From Piedraia hortae CBS 480.64 (taxonomy: Eukaryota): 64,000 bases of DNA. Below, in pieces: positions 31,584 to 44,314 of this stretch; position 1 is the stretch's first letter; each line of letters opens with the position of its first letter. The translations under genes and the position numbers were made by a program. The stretch is taken from NCBI GenBank assembly GCA_010093745.1, contig MU005958.1, positions 496,001 through 560,000 on the forward strand, given 5' to 3'. The notes beneath the pieces are model-generated. The model made no database searches. It had not been told where the DNA came from and saw only the letters and a list, made by a program, of their open reading frames with translations.

Positions 31584-33314
31584 ATGGCACGGCTTAGAGT
31601 CAAGTCTCATTGCAAAGATGGAGAGGAATATGCAATCGAATCAACCGATCTTCATGAGAATAACGAAGAATGCAACAGTTACAAGAAGTCTACCATCAGG
31701 CGCACATCGCCACGCAAACCTGCTACGAATGTATACAGCTATGATCAACTTGAACACTCGCTCCAAAAGTCGCCCAGGAAGTTAGCGAGTGCCATCAAAC
31801 GAAGCAAGCAGATTCGGCTTATTCCCCTCAATGCACTCGAAACCGCGCAACCTTTGCAACTTATTTCTGACGAGGAACGGAAAAAAGAGAGGAAATTGCC
31901 ATTGGAAGAACGATTTCAGTCACAAACATCATTACAGAACAATAAGGAGCCGGGGTCATTAGCCCAAACTCTCAGGACTCACAACTTGGAAACGTCTGCT
32001 GAAATTAAGGAGAGCCTATTTGACGATTCCTTGAGCAGTTCTGATGAAAGTCTGCCTAGTCCTAGCCGGTTTATGAAGGCAACCACGAGAGAGCCGAACC
32101 CATGCCATGGAGATCAGGCCAAAATCGACGAAAGCTGTGAAAAATACGTAATGGCCAGACTGGAAGAATTCAGGATAGAGTCTGACAACGAGGACAATAA
32201 TCCTGCAATTCTGCGATTCTCACCACCGCGATTGTACAGCCCAGAAAAGCATATATCCTCTAGAATCCCCTCAGCGAATTCCCCATGCGTTGGCAAGCTA
32301 AAATCCCCATCGAAGCGAGCAAACCGCTCTGCAGATCAGCCATCATCTCCCTTGCCAGATACCCCCCAAGAATTGAGCCGCCCGCGCATCAAAAGCATGC
32401 CAGAGGCCAGCCCCGCAAATCAGAAAACCGCAAGGCATAAAGGGCAGCCCCCACTCACGCAGCCTCGAAGCCCAACTAAACCCACGAAGAAAGCATGGGA
32501 GGCTCGTAAACGCCAGCTTGCTGAGACTTTCCTCGAGGAGCTCGACACGGTAGTCGCTAAAGGCCAAATTCAAGCACTGAGCGCATCCACAGGCGGCGTG
32601 CGGCTTGTATGGAGCAAGACCCTCAACTCAACCGCAGGAAGAGCTCACTGGAAGCGCGAAACCACACGCACACTGCGCGCCGATGGCGTGAAAGAAATCG
32701 TTCACAAGCACCACGCCAGCATCGACATTGCGGAAAAGATCATCGACAGCGAGGTCCGCCTGCTAAACGTCATCGCCCACGAGTTCTGCCACCTCTGCAA
32801 CTACATGATCTCGGGCATTAAAGACCAACCGCATGGCGCGCAATTCAAGGAATGGGGTCGCAAGTGCTCGACTGCCTTTGCCAATCGTGGTATCGTCGTC
32901 ACAACGAAGCATTCATATGAAATTGACTACAAGTACGTCTGGCAGTGCAGCAATGATGCCTGCGCCGTGCAGTTTAAGCGCCATTCAAAGAGTATCGATC
33001 CCACCCGCCAAATGTGCGGTTCGTGTAAGAGCAAGCTTCGCCAAATTAAGCCCGTTCCGAGAGCATGTCAAGGCGGTGTGGGCTATGCGACATACGTGAA
33101 GGAACACTTTGCGGAGATCAAGGCCGCGTTGCCGGCTGGTACTGCGCAGAAGGACGTCATGAAAGAGGTTGCGAGGCGGTATAGAGCGGATAAAGCTGGT
33201 GCTGGTGCGAAGGATGAAGAGGTAATTTCGGATATGGGGAAGGGCATGGATGGTATTGTAAAAGTCATGGAAGTTATCGATCTAGAGGATCATGACGGTC
33301 CACCACTTTCTTGA
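31584..33314 (+). CDS. SprT-like metalloprotease with Zn ribbon and HMG-like tail (GCNA/ACRC-like)
   Basis: Disordered N-terminal half, WSKTLNSTAGRA, HEFCH (HExxH), HGAQFKEW, two CxxC-type pairs and YATYVKEHF. Confidence 0.85.
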   Translation: MARLRVKSHCKDGEEYAIESTDLHENNEECNSYKKSTIRRTSPRKPATNVYSYDQLEHSLQKSPRKLASAIKRSKQIRLIPLNALETAQPLQLISDEERKKERKLPLEERFQSQTSLQNNKEPGSLAQTLRTHNLETSAEIKESLFDDSLSSSDESLPSPSRFMKATTREPNPCHGDQAKIDESCEKYVMARLEEFRIESDNEDNNPAILRFSPPRLYSPEKHISSRIPSANSPCVGKLKSPSKRANRSADQPSSPLPDTPQELSRPRIKSMPEASPANQKTARHKGQPPLTQPRSPTKPTKKAWEARKRQLAETFLEELDTVVAKGQIQALSASTGGVRLVWSKTLNSTAGRAHWKRETTRTLRADGVKEIVHKHHASIDIAEKIIDSEVRLLNVIAHEFCHLCNYMISGIKDQPHGAQFKEWGRKCSTAFANRGIVVTTKHSYEIDYKYVWQCSNDACAVQFKRHSKSIDPTRQMCGSCKSKLRQIKPVPRACQGGVGYATYVKEHFAEIKAALPAGTAQKDVMKEVARRYRADKAGAGAKDEEVISDMGKGMDGIVKVMEVIDLEDHDGPPLS

Positions 33315-33627
33315 ACACTGTACCTTTACTAACTTGCATGTGGCCAGTTGATACCTTGATAATCGGCGAATGGATCACACATGGTATACGCCAGGGATTA
33401 AACTTGCACCATTGAGACATCGAGCCAGATCTTCAGCAAACAGATCCACATTTTGGGATGTTGTGGCACAAGCCTATTTGGGCCTAGCACCTGCCAAGAC
33501 CCACGCTGTCATGCTAATTTCGTTAGTAAAATGTCACTGCGACACCGGAAATTTCTTTATCTCTTTCGACATCATACTCTGCAACCACATCCCCCTCTTT
33601 GACACACAATTCTGGTCTTACTAAACA

Positions 33628-34308
33628 ATGTCTTCCGCCAGTTCCGCGGCCGGACCATGTCTGGCGGACGAGATCGGATTACACATTCTCCAATATCTTG
33701 AGGGCGACGCTGCCTCGCTGGCTAGCGTGGCAAGAGTATCCCGTGAGTGGAACAGTCCTGCAACCGAAATTTTATGGCGACATGTCGACTTAAAGGCCTT
33801 TAAAGGGGCTTCCCGTAGAAATTTTTCATACTTTTCGGGACAGCTGAGAACACTGGCAATTCATCTTGACAATACAGTCCAGCCAGACTTGAGCAATCTT
33901 TCGTTTCCCCGTCTAGAGCATGTGACGATTGTGTTTGAGGATGTGCCATTGGGCCCGATGGCTCCGGACGTGGACACTCTGATGCATATTCCCAACGATG
34001 TCAAGCACCTGACCATTGAAGGCGAATGCAATAACCTGGCTCTTTTGTCCCAGATGCTAGATCGCCTTACCCAGCTCCAAACGATCAACGTCGAGTATCT
34101 GGACTGCGTTGGCGTTTCTACGTGGTCTTTGGTTATGCTGTTAAGTTCACACTCAAGCTTGTGCAATATATATGTCGACCCTCAAGAGCACAAGAGGCTG
34201 CTGGAAAACTTCGCAAGGCATGCACCATCCAGACCCCCGAACACAAAGGCCCTCAAAGCCCGGTCCATGCTAAACAGCAAAGTGACTTCCTTAGAGGGCC
34301 TTAGATAG
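33628..34308 (+). CDS. F-box-like/LRR protein, possibly truncated
   Basis: LADEIGLHILQYL...LASVARVSREW...ILWRHV F-box-like motif followed by LxxLxI repeats. Confidence 0.55.
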   Translation: MSSASSAAGPCLADEIGLHILQYLEGDAASLASVARVSREWNSPATEILWRHVDLKAFKGASRRNFSYFSGQLRTLAIHLDNTVQPDLSNLSFPRLEHVTIVFEDVPLGPMAPDVDTLMHIPNDVKHLTIEGECNNLALLSQMLDRLTQLQTINVEYLDCVGVSTWSLVMLLSSHSSLCNIYVDPQEHKRLLENFARHAPSRPPNTKALKARSMLNSKVTSLEGLR

Positions 34309-36382
34309 AAGTCGAAGCTCAAGGGTTTACTCTACGAGGGAGGAAGTATTTGCTGGGACGAGGTACGGTTCTATTCGTGTTCCGTATGTGCTCGGTGGCT
34401 ATTGTAGACCTGGCTTAACGTGGGGGTGACGTTCCTTGCCTGAGCAACCCACCACACATAGATGACGGCTCTACGCACCACCGTCAGTGTCGAATGACCC
34501 GCTACACACAAATAAGGCGTTCATGTAGATATCACTTCCACCACCGGAGGTTTCAAATCCGACAGTCATGAATACGGAGGCTTAGCCTCCGACAGGCTTC
34601 CATCCAGTAAGTTATTTCTGGCCATCACCAGCAACGATTGGCGTCAGGTGAAACCGCCTGCTGTTGTGACAGGAAGCCCGATTGGTTAAAGGGACAGACA
34701 GAGGTATGTCGATCACGGTTTGAGAATGCCAATCTTCGAAACAACAAACAGGTGCCAAGCCGAGTGCCAATAGCCTAGTGACCACTGACATATACAACCA
34801 AGCGATGAAGAAACGGGGGCAGGATGCTAGTGACATAGCCATCCTCCCAGCATACCAACCAAGCCAACCACACCTTAATCGTTCGTCAAAGTTTGCATGG
34901 GCAAGTTGGTAACTGGGCGGGAATTGTTCCAACTAGCCATACAAATGCCTGTACCTCAGTTCACACGAAGGAAATAACTCGCGAAGTCTTCATGCCCGAG
35001 CCCAGCCGACACTGGTTCAATCAGAGTCTCATAGGAGGAGAGGCAGTTGGTCCGAGAGACAGTGGCCGGGGAGCGAGTATCTTATGGGGTACCACGTACG
35101 GTATCCACCCCGGTTGCAACGACATATTCGCCAACAGGGAACCGAAATACTATGCCCGTTCAGAAGACGTAAACTGCAGCACTAACTTGTGCTTGTCTCT
35201 GAAGGTATTAGATCATGAGTGGAAAACGCGGGAGTCCAAGAAGGGCCACTTGAAACATCCAACTTGCCCGTATTTGCGGACATAAAAAGTATCGTGCGAA
35301 TCGGTGGGCAGGATGTTCTCCCTAGCAAATCCAGTAAACCTACCTTGGTGTGGTACAAATCCTTTGCCCTTGTCGACAGGATATCGCGCGCAGTCTTACA
35401 CTACTATGGAAGCCACGACCTTTCCCAAGAAAAGGCCTGGACCTTCGCCCGCAGATGGCAAGGCAGCCAAAAAAAAAAAAAACAAAAAAAACCCCCAACT
35501 TTTGCAATGAGTTCGTGTCAGCGAATATCTTTTGTTTCCCCGTAATGTTAGGTCCTCCCTGACACACACGGGTGGATTACCTTGAATCGTTTACAGGGGC
35601 TTCGGATGACCGTCGAAATCGACCCTCCGGGTACAAGTATGATCAACCATAAATGGAACAAGTTCGTGGTCGCAGTTGCCCAAGATCTGGCGCATCCAGA
35701 TTTCGCCCCATTCAGCCGGGCTCGCGTTTTGTTATAACAATGTCACTATTGCTCTACAAACAGACAAGCAACCTACAAGGTACGTCGAGCAAATCGCTCA
35801 TGTACTGTGTGACTCGGAGGGCTCTACTCTTGTCTATCGCAGCCACAAGCTATATGGAGAGCGGCCACTCAGAAACCCCGTTGTATGCTGGTTCTCTGAT
35901 TGAAATGTAGTTTAACGATAACTGTAGTTTTTACAGACCGAAGATGCAGTTTCATGACCCACAAGCAAGGGTTTGTAATTCACACAGTTGGAATTGTATC
36001 CGTTAGGAAGTGGTTGAAGATAGCTACATATTCTACACTTGCAATAATGACAACTTCTCATCCTCGATATACTATGATGCCTCCATAATTGGATGAGTGA
36101 TATGATTGGTCGAAAAGTTTGTCAAGGTTCTGCAAAAGCCGGGGTTGGCGCATACAGCGCTGTATATACATAGTAAACTCAGATGAAAGCGATCAAAGCA
36201 GTAGGCGAAATCATAGTATCCTAGAGAGTTCCAGCTCAATCGCATTCTGCTGAATCCCTCCAGTGCCGGAAAGATGAAAATCCCTAGTGCGTCACTACCG
36301 AGCAACTCCAAGTACCATTTCTGCCTCAGGCATAAACAATTTGATCACACGAATCCATTGCACGAGCAAAGCGCGCTTCAAA

Positions 36383-38707
36383 ATGGACTCGAGGGTGCAG
36401 GATTACCTGGAAGATAAGCTCCAAGCGGCTGCGGATCTTGACACGCTCGACACGCTCTTGGACAATGTGAAGAGCCAACAGCAGCTTCTGCAGCGACAAC
36501 TGGAAGATGCGAAGCAGAACCACGAGGTCACAGTGGCGGAGGCACAGAGACGGGGGGCCCTATTGCGGTCGCGGGCAGTGGACTTTATGAGGGAACAGGC
36601 CGAGATCGACCGTGGCATGCTGATTGTCACGCAGTCCAAGACCAGCGACGAAGCGGTGCAGAGGTTCGAGCGGAGCATGGAGCGACTGCAAAAGCTCGAT
36701 GTTGCTGCCGGCTACATCAAGCTGCTGACAGAGGTGGAGGCGCTGCAGAGAGAATGCGCGGCGCGCCTGGCAAACTCGGATGACACGGCCCTGGAGCCCT
36801 ACAGGAAGCTACAGCATCTTGCTACAGGCATGCAGCCGCTCCAGCGTGCGGCTGAAGATGCGGCGCCGTATTTGATGGACCATTTGACCCACCAAGCCAA
36901 TGACTTGCGTGAATCCATCCGCAAATCCTACGCCGACGACCTTGAGAAAACCCTCAAGAAGCTACAGTGGCCGAAGCCGCTCCAGGCCATACCTTTGGCG
37001 TTGGAGAAGGAGTGGGCCGGGAATATTGGCCGAGTGCTGGAATTGCAGAGGTCAGAACTGGAGGACCGCCCACAATCTGCCGAACCCGCAGTCCTGTTGC
37101 CCATGGAGGTGTTGGTCCATCCTCTTGAGCAGCGATTCTCATTTCACTTTTCCGGGAACAAGCCTACCAATCGTCTTGACAAGCCAGAGTTCTTCTTGCA
37201 GCATGTGGTAGAGGTCATCTCCACGTACTCGGACACCATACAGGCGTCCATGCAGCCCTTGCTCCTCCAAAAGTTTCGCGACAGTAATCTTGTTTCGACG
37301 CCAGCCTACATGGATGCAACATCAGCGCTAATTACGGCTTTGTTGCCGATGGTACGACGCAAAATATCAAGCGTGGCTTCCCAGGTAGGGAATCAGCCGC
37401 AACTCCTAAGCCATCTGGTGCAGGAAGTCATCAACTTTGACACAACGCTGCGGGAGTCGTACGGCTACTCGCCCACATCCCCAACAGTCGAGTGGCCTGG
37501 GCTTGCCCATTTTCTGCTGGACACATGCAACTACTTTAACAAATGGCTCGCAAACGAGACGCAATTCGCGCTGGATCGCTACCAGGCGATTGTCAACGCG
37601 CCGGATGCTGGGCAGCTTGACTACGACTCGGTCAGCGCCGACGTCAGCAAGCCCACTAAGATGGCCATCAGCGTCAACGATCTCTTGGAGACGGTAACGT
37701 ATCGCTACAGGTTTCTCTCCGACTTTGGCCAGAAGATGAAGTTTGTCGTGCACGTCCAGGTTGAGATTTTTGATCGACTGTACGAGCGACTGGGTGCGAG
37801 CCTGGATGCTTACATAACGCAGACTTCGTCGGTTGGTCGTGCAATGCAGGGCATCACAAGGGAAGAGCAGGCCAAGCTGCGGGGCCGGGAAGGACTCGAT
37901 CGCCTGTGCCGCGTGTTTGGCTCCGCAGAGTATCTGGAGCGGGCCATGCGTGACTGGAGCGATGATGTGTTTTTTGTAGAGCTCTGGGATGAGCTGCAGC
38001 GGCGCAACGCCAATATGCCAAGAGCAAATAGCCTGCCAGAGGGAGAGGACGGGGAAGTGCAGGGAGCCTTATTTGAGGAAACGGCTAGCCACTACCGTGG
38101 CCTGCGAGCGAGGTGCGAGCAAGTTCTCGTCGAGATGCTTACGTACAACATCCGCGAGGCGCTGAAGCCGTATGGAAGGGTGACGAGCTGGGCAGCCCTT
38201 TCCAGTTTTTCCAGCGGATCCGTCACTGCTGAACTGGTCCCTCTGCTAGACCTGCTCAAGGAGTATTTTGACTTCCTCAGCAAGGCGCTCGGTCGAGTAC
38301 CGTTGCGGCGCGTGACCAGACTGGTTGCTCATGCGATTCAAAACTACATATGGGACTATGTCTTGACCTGGCACTCTTTCTCGACGCTAGGAGCCAAGCA
38401 GCTTCAGATCGATGTCAGCGGAATATGCAAGGTCATAGAACGATACATTGGCAGCGAACAGGCAAGACGCGGCATGTGGAAGCTTATAGAGGGCGTGACT
38501 CTGGTGAGCCTCCCTGTGGGAACAAGTGAAGATGACAATGGGGATTCAAGTTCTGAAAAGGCCAAAATGGGATTGTTTGACGTTGAGCGACTGGTATTCA
38601 TGGACAATGAAAGTGCCCGCCACGCTCTGGAGCAGCTCGGAATGGAGACGCTGACAGAGAGCGAGGCCAGGACGGTTCTGGAGAAGCGGGTGGAGTTGAG
38701 CAGCTGA
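36383..38707 (+). CDS. TIP20: RINT-1/Tip20 (Dsl1 tethering complex subunit)
   Basis: RVQDYLEDKLQ, RFSFHFSGNKPTNRLDKPEFF and WSDDVFFVELW. ATG at 36383; intronless. Confidence 0.92.
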   Translation: MDSRVQDYLEDKLQAAADLDTLDTLLDNVKSQQQLLQRQLEDAKQNHEVTVAEAQRRGALLRSRAVDFMREQAEIDRGMLIVTQSKTSDEAVQRFERSMERLQKLDVAAGYIKLLTEVEALQRECAARLANSDDTALEPYRKLQHLATGMQPLQRAAEDAAPYLMDHLTHQANDLRESIRKSYADDLEKTLKKLQWPKPLQAIPLALEKEWAGNIGRVLELQRSELEDRPQSAEPAVLLPMEVLVHPLEQRFSFHFSGNKPTNRLDKPEFFLQHVVEVISTYSDTIQASMQPLLLQKFRDSNLVSTPAYMDATSALITALLPMVRRKISSVASQVGNQPQLLSHLVQEVINFDTTLRESYGYSPTSPTVEWPGLAHFLLDTCNYFNKWLANETQFALDRYQAIVNAPDAGQLDYDSVSADVSKPTKMAISVNDLLETVTYRYRFLSDFGQKMKFVVHVQVEIFDRLYERLGASLDAYITQTSSVGRAMQGITREEQAKLRGREGLDRLCRVFGSAEYLERAMRDWSDDVFFVELWDELQRRNANMPRANSLPEGEDGEVQGALFEETASHYRGLRARCEQVLVEMLTYNIREALKPYGRVTSWAALSSFSSGSVTAELVPLLDLLKEYFDFLSKALGRVPLRRVTRLVAHAIQNYIWDYVLTWHSFSTLGAKQLQIDVSGICKVIERYIGSEQARRGMWKLIEGVTLVSLPVGTSEDDNGDSSSEKAKMGLFDVERLVFMDNESARHALEQLGMETLTESEARTVLEKRVELSS

Positions 38708-38964
38708 TATGGGCAACCGATGCAGACAACTGTATGGCAGCGTACATGAAACTATATGCTAGATACGAATAGACACGAGGTTACGACGCGCAAATGAGCC
38801 ATCAGCGAGCGTCTCTTGGTTGATGGATGATCATGACTCGAGCCAACGGTCAACGTTGGGGCTACTTGACTCGATAGGATGCTGTCTAGGACGAACAGGG
38901 TTAGCCAAGCAACGTCAGGTTAGCGTCGAGTCGCGATGCCCACCCCGGAGCGTGGGAGAGCGGA

Positions 38965-41900
38965 ATGACTTATTGGCCGGGGGTGCGCGGCGGCTTCCGC
39001 GGAGACGGCGGCTTCCGGGGTGAGTATGTGTCGCCTTACGCAGCCAGCCCCCGGCCGCGCGCCCATACGTCGGCTGTCATGCAGTCGCCGGTGTCGCAGC
39101 AGGACCATCACAACCGCTCTGCCGTCTGGGCTGCCGGCCGCATCATGAACGACCACCGATACGTACCGGGGCAGCATGCGCCGCCGCCGCCACCTGCCTT
39201 GGTTCCTGGCCATAATGCCGCTCCGCTGCCCGGCCCGCCGCCGCGTCCACCCGTCAGCGCAGCCCCACCGACCGTCTCCGTACCCCCACCGCCGCCTGGC
39301 AGGCCGCAGTTCTATCCGCACCACCAGCAGCAACCCCTTCATCATCAACATGTCCAGCAGCAGCAGCACCAGCAGCACCAGCGGAACCACAAGCACTATG
39401 ACCCAACGGTCTATGCCGATTACATGCAGTATCCGGTGCCCAAAGGCGGCCCACTCGTGTCGGCGACTTATATCCCCGGCTGCGACAGCTCCGACTCGAG
39501 CGGATTTGCGCTTCAGCTGCCGCCGCCACCTCGGACCCTCTATCACGGCCAGCAGCCGACCCCATACTCGGCCTACCGCAGCGATGAGAGCCACCAGGTG
39601 CCGCCAAGTCCGCGTGAGCAGAGCTGGCCCATGGACCGCGTTGTTTCGTGGCTGGCCGCAAACAACTTTAGCAAAGAATGGCAGGCCGCATTCCGGGACC
39701 TGAACATATGCGGTGCCGCCTTCCTAGATCTGGGCAGGGAGCCGTCCAAAGGCCCAAAGAACGCCGTCTTCATGAACCACCATGTGTTGCCTCAGGTGGC
39801 CCGTCAGTACGCTGCCAATGGCGTTGTGAGGGAGCAGGACAAGGAGAGACAAGAGGTAAAGCGGTTTCGGAAACTGATCCGCGAGGAGATGACTTGTGAA
39901 TCTTCTGGCGCTCGGGATTCCATGACCAGTTCGTCTCTGGAGCAGCTTTCGGCTGAGCGGACAGACAGCAACAGTCCGAAGCCTAGTAGAGCCGACATCT
40001 TCCCCAATGCCTCTCCTACCACGGCCATGAGCACAGAGGGTCCTTCACCGGGTGCCCAGGATTCCCATTCTGGTGATGGCCGTAGTCCAGCCATAGCCAA
40101 AGGCGAGACGGCCAGCGCCATTGGTGGCCGAAGCGTCAGCAGCCCCGTATATAGCCCTGGTGTGGGCAGAAAAGCCTACCATCGCCATAACCTCAGCGTC
40201 GAGAAAGCCAGTGTCACACCCTCGATCGAGCGAGAGAGGCTGCCGTCGGTGCTGGTGCCCCATCCTCATCGGCTTCAGCGAGCTCAATGGGGACCAGACG
40301 AGGAGCCAGAGAGAAAGGATGTAGGCGTCGAAACGAGCCATAGCTTGTCTCTGTTGCCAGTGGACCAGCCGAGAAGTCGTTCTCGAGCGTCTAAGAAGTA
40401 TATCTTCGTCACGCCCGATGGATGGAACTATCGACTCATAGATGTCACTGACGTCGATACGGCCGACTCGTTGCGAAACCTCATTTGCATGGAGCTCGAC
40501 ATGGCGTGCCAACCCGAAGTAACCATTCACCTGACCAGCCCAGGCCAGAGAGAAAACGAAGAGGCGCTCAAGGGCCAATCGCTCCTGGAAGCCCGGGACC
40601 AAATGGCCGATTCGCTGGGCACGTTGAAGCTGTTCGTACGTGCGCCTGGGCCGAGTGTGTTGGACGATAGACTATACTCGCGGCCCTTGACAGCGACCTC
40701 TCGACTCAGCGTGCACCCAGGCAAAGAGACTTTGGAATCGACCAACGAAGAGCCCGAGGACGAGGACGAGAGACAGGCGTTGCTGGAGGCGAGGACGGAA
40801 GAGTACCGGAGGATGACGGCACAGCGGCAACGCGAGTACCTCGCACAGCGTCGTCGGAAGGTGTCTGAACAGCCGTCCGGGAGGATTTTCCACGATTTCG
40901 ATAAAGTGCGTTCGTCAACGCAGAGTACCCACATGTCTGTTCCCAAGCCTGGTGAAGGCCTTGTCCCGATGAGGGAACCTCCGCCAGTGCCTGAACCAAC
41001 CGGCACGCTGGTAAAGGCCAACAGCATCTCCAAGAAGGGCACTGGGTCGATGGCGTTGCCATTCAAGAGGGAAGATGGATGGCGGCCCGGCTCGATTGCT
41101 GAAGCAGGATCAAGAGGCCGACCAGCTGCCAACAGCATAGCAGCCGCCTTGACCAATGTCGGACGCAGCGCAGGCGCCATGGGATTTGAGGCAGTGCAAA
41201 AGGGCCGGGCGGTTTCCGACACGGTTGGTGGACGTCGCATGCCTCGGGCACTGGCGAGTTTTGATATCAACGGAGCCATGATGTCTGGCCGCCGCAGCCC
41301 CGGCAGTCCGCGGTCAACAATGTCCAAAGGAGGCCAGGAGTTTAGGGTGCCAGAATACGTAGAGAACGAGGAGCAAGACGAGGACACGCTGCGGGCGAGT
41401 CAACACAAGACCAGTCTCTTACCATCGTTGGCAACTGGCAAAAGCAGCATGGGCAGCAACCTGACTGTGCTCGAGTCGTACTCTGATAAAGGCCATAGTC
41501 CGGACATCAGTCCCTCCTCACGGCAACCTCCACCAGACAGTTTCAACACCAACATCCAGCGCATGCAGTCGAATCGTGGGCCGAGCTTCAAACTGCCTGA
41601 CCGTCCCGTCGAGTTTGACACCGCGCCAGCCATGTTGAACGAGTTTGACAGCGACGACAGCGACGACGGGCTCTTTGCCATCCCTCCCAGGCAGTCTGTC
41701 GATCCACTGCAGACTCCTCCGAGGGCTGCTTCAACAAGCACTAGGAATGGGCCCACTCGAGCGAGTCGGCCAGAGTTATGGATCCGAACAGAGTCGACGA
41801 TTCCAGAGGAAATGAAGCAAGATCTCAGCCCTGCCACGTCCGGACCCAAGACGGACAGCCCGGATCCATTTTCCGTGGCTGGATGCAGGGAGAGTTTCAA

Positions 41901-43490
41901 GACGGATCTCTGGGCAAACCGTCCTCCAGCCGAGGGCATCGTGGAGCATCTAGATGACTTCTTTCCTCACGTTGATCTGGATCAGCCATTGGTACAAGAG
42001 GAAGACGGTGTGGATGGTAGTCAGACTGGGGAGAGGAATGCCCTCTTGCACAAATCGTCTGGCACAGACTTGTACGATGACTCGACGCCGGTAACGGACA
42101 CCGACAGTTTGGGTGGCGATATGGGATTGCAAAGGGGTAATACTGGAGCGATGAGCGTGGCTCAGCGGAATCTGACGCGGTCTGGCGGATTGGGCAGGAC
42201 GAAGAGCATCCGTGATGTTGTGAAAAACAATTACAATGTGCAGCCTTTGCCGGGAAATTCAAGCATCAGCTCGTCGGCATCCAGCAGGGTGCCCAGTGGC
42301 AGCGAAGCGTTTGGTCAAAGCGCAGGACTCGGGCAGACGGCGTTGATGAACCGAGTCAACATGCTTAGGAACAACGGAGCGGCTGCGCTCGGGCGGAAAA
42401 AGAGCACAAAGATGTTTGGCGCCAAGATCGAACAAGTCAAGCCCCAGCGTGGTGGGAAGCTCATCAACAGCCTGCAGACCATACCGCAGGACACGATTGC
42501 GACCAAGCATGCGCCAGAGCGCCAGACAACGTTCAAATGGATGCGTGGTCAGCTTATCGGAAAGGGCACCTTTGGACGCGTCTACCTGGGCATGAACACG
42601 ACTACGGGCGAGCTTTTGGCGGTGAAGCAGGTCGAAGTGAACCCCAAGGGACAGAATGCCGATGCCACCAAAGTTCGTGAGATGGTCAAGGCATTGGACA
42701 CGGAAATCGAAACCATGCAGCACTTGGATCACGTCAACATCGTGCAGTATCTTGGGTGCGAGAGGCGGGACTTTAGCATCTCCATCTTTCTCGAGTACAT
42801 TTCGGGTGGCAGCGTTGGCTCGTGTCTACGGAAACATGGCAAGTTCGAGGAGGCTGTTGTTTCCTCTCTCACACGGCAGACGCTCACTGGCTTGGCATAC
42901 CTGCATTCCGAGGGCATTCTGCACCGAGATCTGAAGGCGGATAACATCCTGCTTGACTTGGACGGGACGTGCAAGATCTCCGACTTTGGCATTTCCAAAC
43001 GCTCGGCTGATCCTTACATTAACGACATTACGAACAGCATGCAGGGATCGGTGTTTTGGATGGCGCCTGAGGTCATTCGTGCACAGGCATTAATTACGGC
43101 GGGCAACGAGCCCGTTAACCAAGGGTACAGTGCCAAAGTGGATATTTGGTCACTGGGCTGCGTTGTGTTGGAGATGTTTGCTGGCCGACGGCCGTGGAGC
43201 AAGGAAGAGGCTATTGGGGCTATATACAAGCTCGGGTCGCTGAACCAGGCACCGCCCATTCCAGACGATGTGTCGACTGTCGTCGGGCCCGCAGCGCTCA
43301 GCTTCATGTACGATTGCTTTACAATGTAAGTCGTTGCCCGCGAGCGTGCAACCATACGCTGACGGTAAACAGCAACCCGAGCGAGCGGCCAACGGCGGAG
43401 ACGTTGCTGCGGGCGCCATTCTGCATCTTTGATTCGCACTACAATTTTCTGGACACGGCGCTTTATGCCAAGATTCGCGGAGCATTTTGA
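38965..43490 (+). CDS. BCK1: MAP kinase kinase kinase of the cell wall integrity pathway
   Basis: GQLIGKGTFGRVY, AVKQV, HRDLKADN, DFG, GSVFWMAPE and the Bck1-type WANRPPAEGIVEHLDDFFP. Intron 43326-43372. Confidence 0.94.
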
Positions 43491-43592
43491 ACTAACGACT
43501 GTCATGACACACATCTTGGGTTTTATGTAGATTGGAAGTGGGGCCCACCAACGTCCCACGTCAAACCTCAATCAAACCTGTCAAACTCAACA

Positions 43593-44040
43593 ATGGCATG
43601 CATCTTCTGCCGCATCATCAAGGGCAAGCCCTCTCTTCCTTTCCATTCGAGGCTTCCCTAACAATCACCAAGGTGAAATTCCCTCGATGAAGCTCCTGGA
43701 ATCCGAGCGCATCTTCGCCTTTCTCGACATTTCGCCACTCTCCCGCGGCCACGCGCTCGTGATCCCCAAACACCACGGCGCGAAACTGACCGAGATTCCC
43801 GATGACTCTCTCGCCGAGATCCTGCCCGCGGCCTCCAAAATCGCCCGTGCGGCCGGCATGGAGAACTACAACGTGCTGCAGAACAACGGTAGGATCGCGC
43901 ACCAGGAGGTTGGACACGTGCACTTCCACGTCATTCCCAAGCCGAACGAGAAGGAAGGCTTGGGAATCGGCTGGCCAGCAAAGGAGGCTAATACGGAGGA
44001 TTTGAAGACCTTGGCCGAGGAGATTCGCGGGAGGTTGTAG
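43593..44040 (+). CDS. HNT1: HIT-family nucleotide hydrolase (Hint), with a GC-AG intron
   Basis: MACIFCRIIKGEIP after splicing out 43624-43672; HVHFH HIT motif. Confidence 0.93.
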
Positions 44041-44284
44041 AAAGCAATGGAGCTATATGTGTAGTGCGACGCTTCCTGATACCGTACCCGTTGGGAGAGC
44101 TCTCTTAATGTCGTCGCTGCTAGCTTACCGTACATGCTTTATTGTCGTCATTACCATCATGTCGTCATAGTTCTGTCCCGGCAGTCCCGCCAGTTCCGAC
44201 GTCACAAGCGGCTTGACCCGCACCCGATCCTACACACACTTCAAATCCGATCGTCATCATCACCATCACACATACCTTCCAGAG

Positions 44285-44314
44285 GCTACCTGCAGGGACG
44301 CTACCTGCAGGGAC
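44285..44314 (+). repeat. Perfect 15-nt tandem duplication GCTACCTGCAGGGAC x2
   Basis: Directly visible. Confidence 0.9.

Noticed and set aside
34600..36300. Short ORFs in the gap between the F-box gene and TIP20
   Set aside because: None could be assigned to a family by eye, so they are left unannotated.
40527..41939. 286-aa and 179-aa minus-strand ORFs inside BCK1
   Set aside because: Antisense shadows with no domain features.
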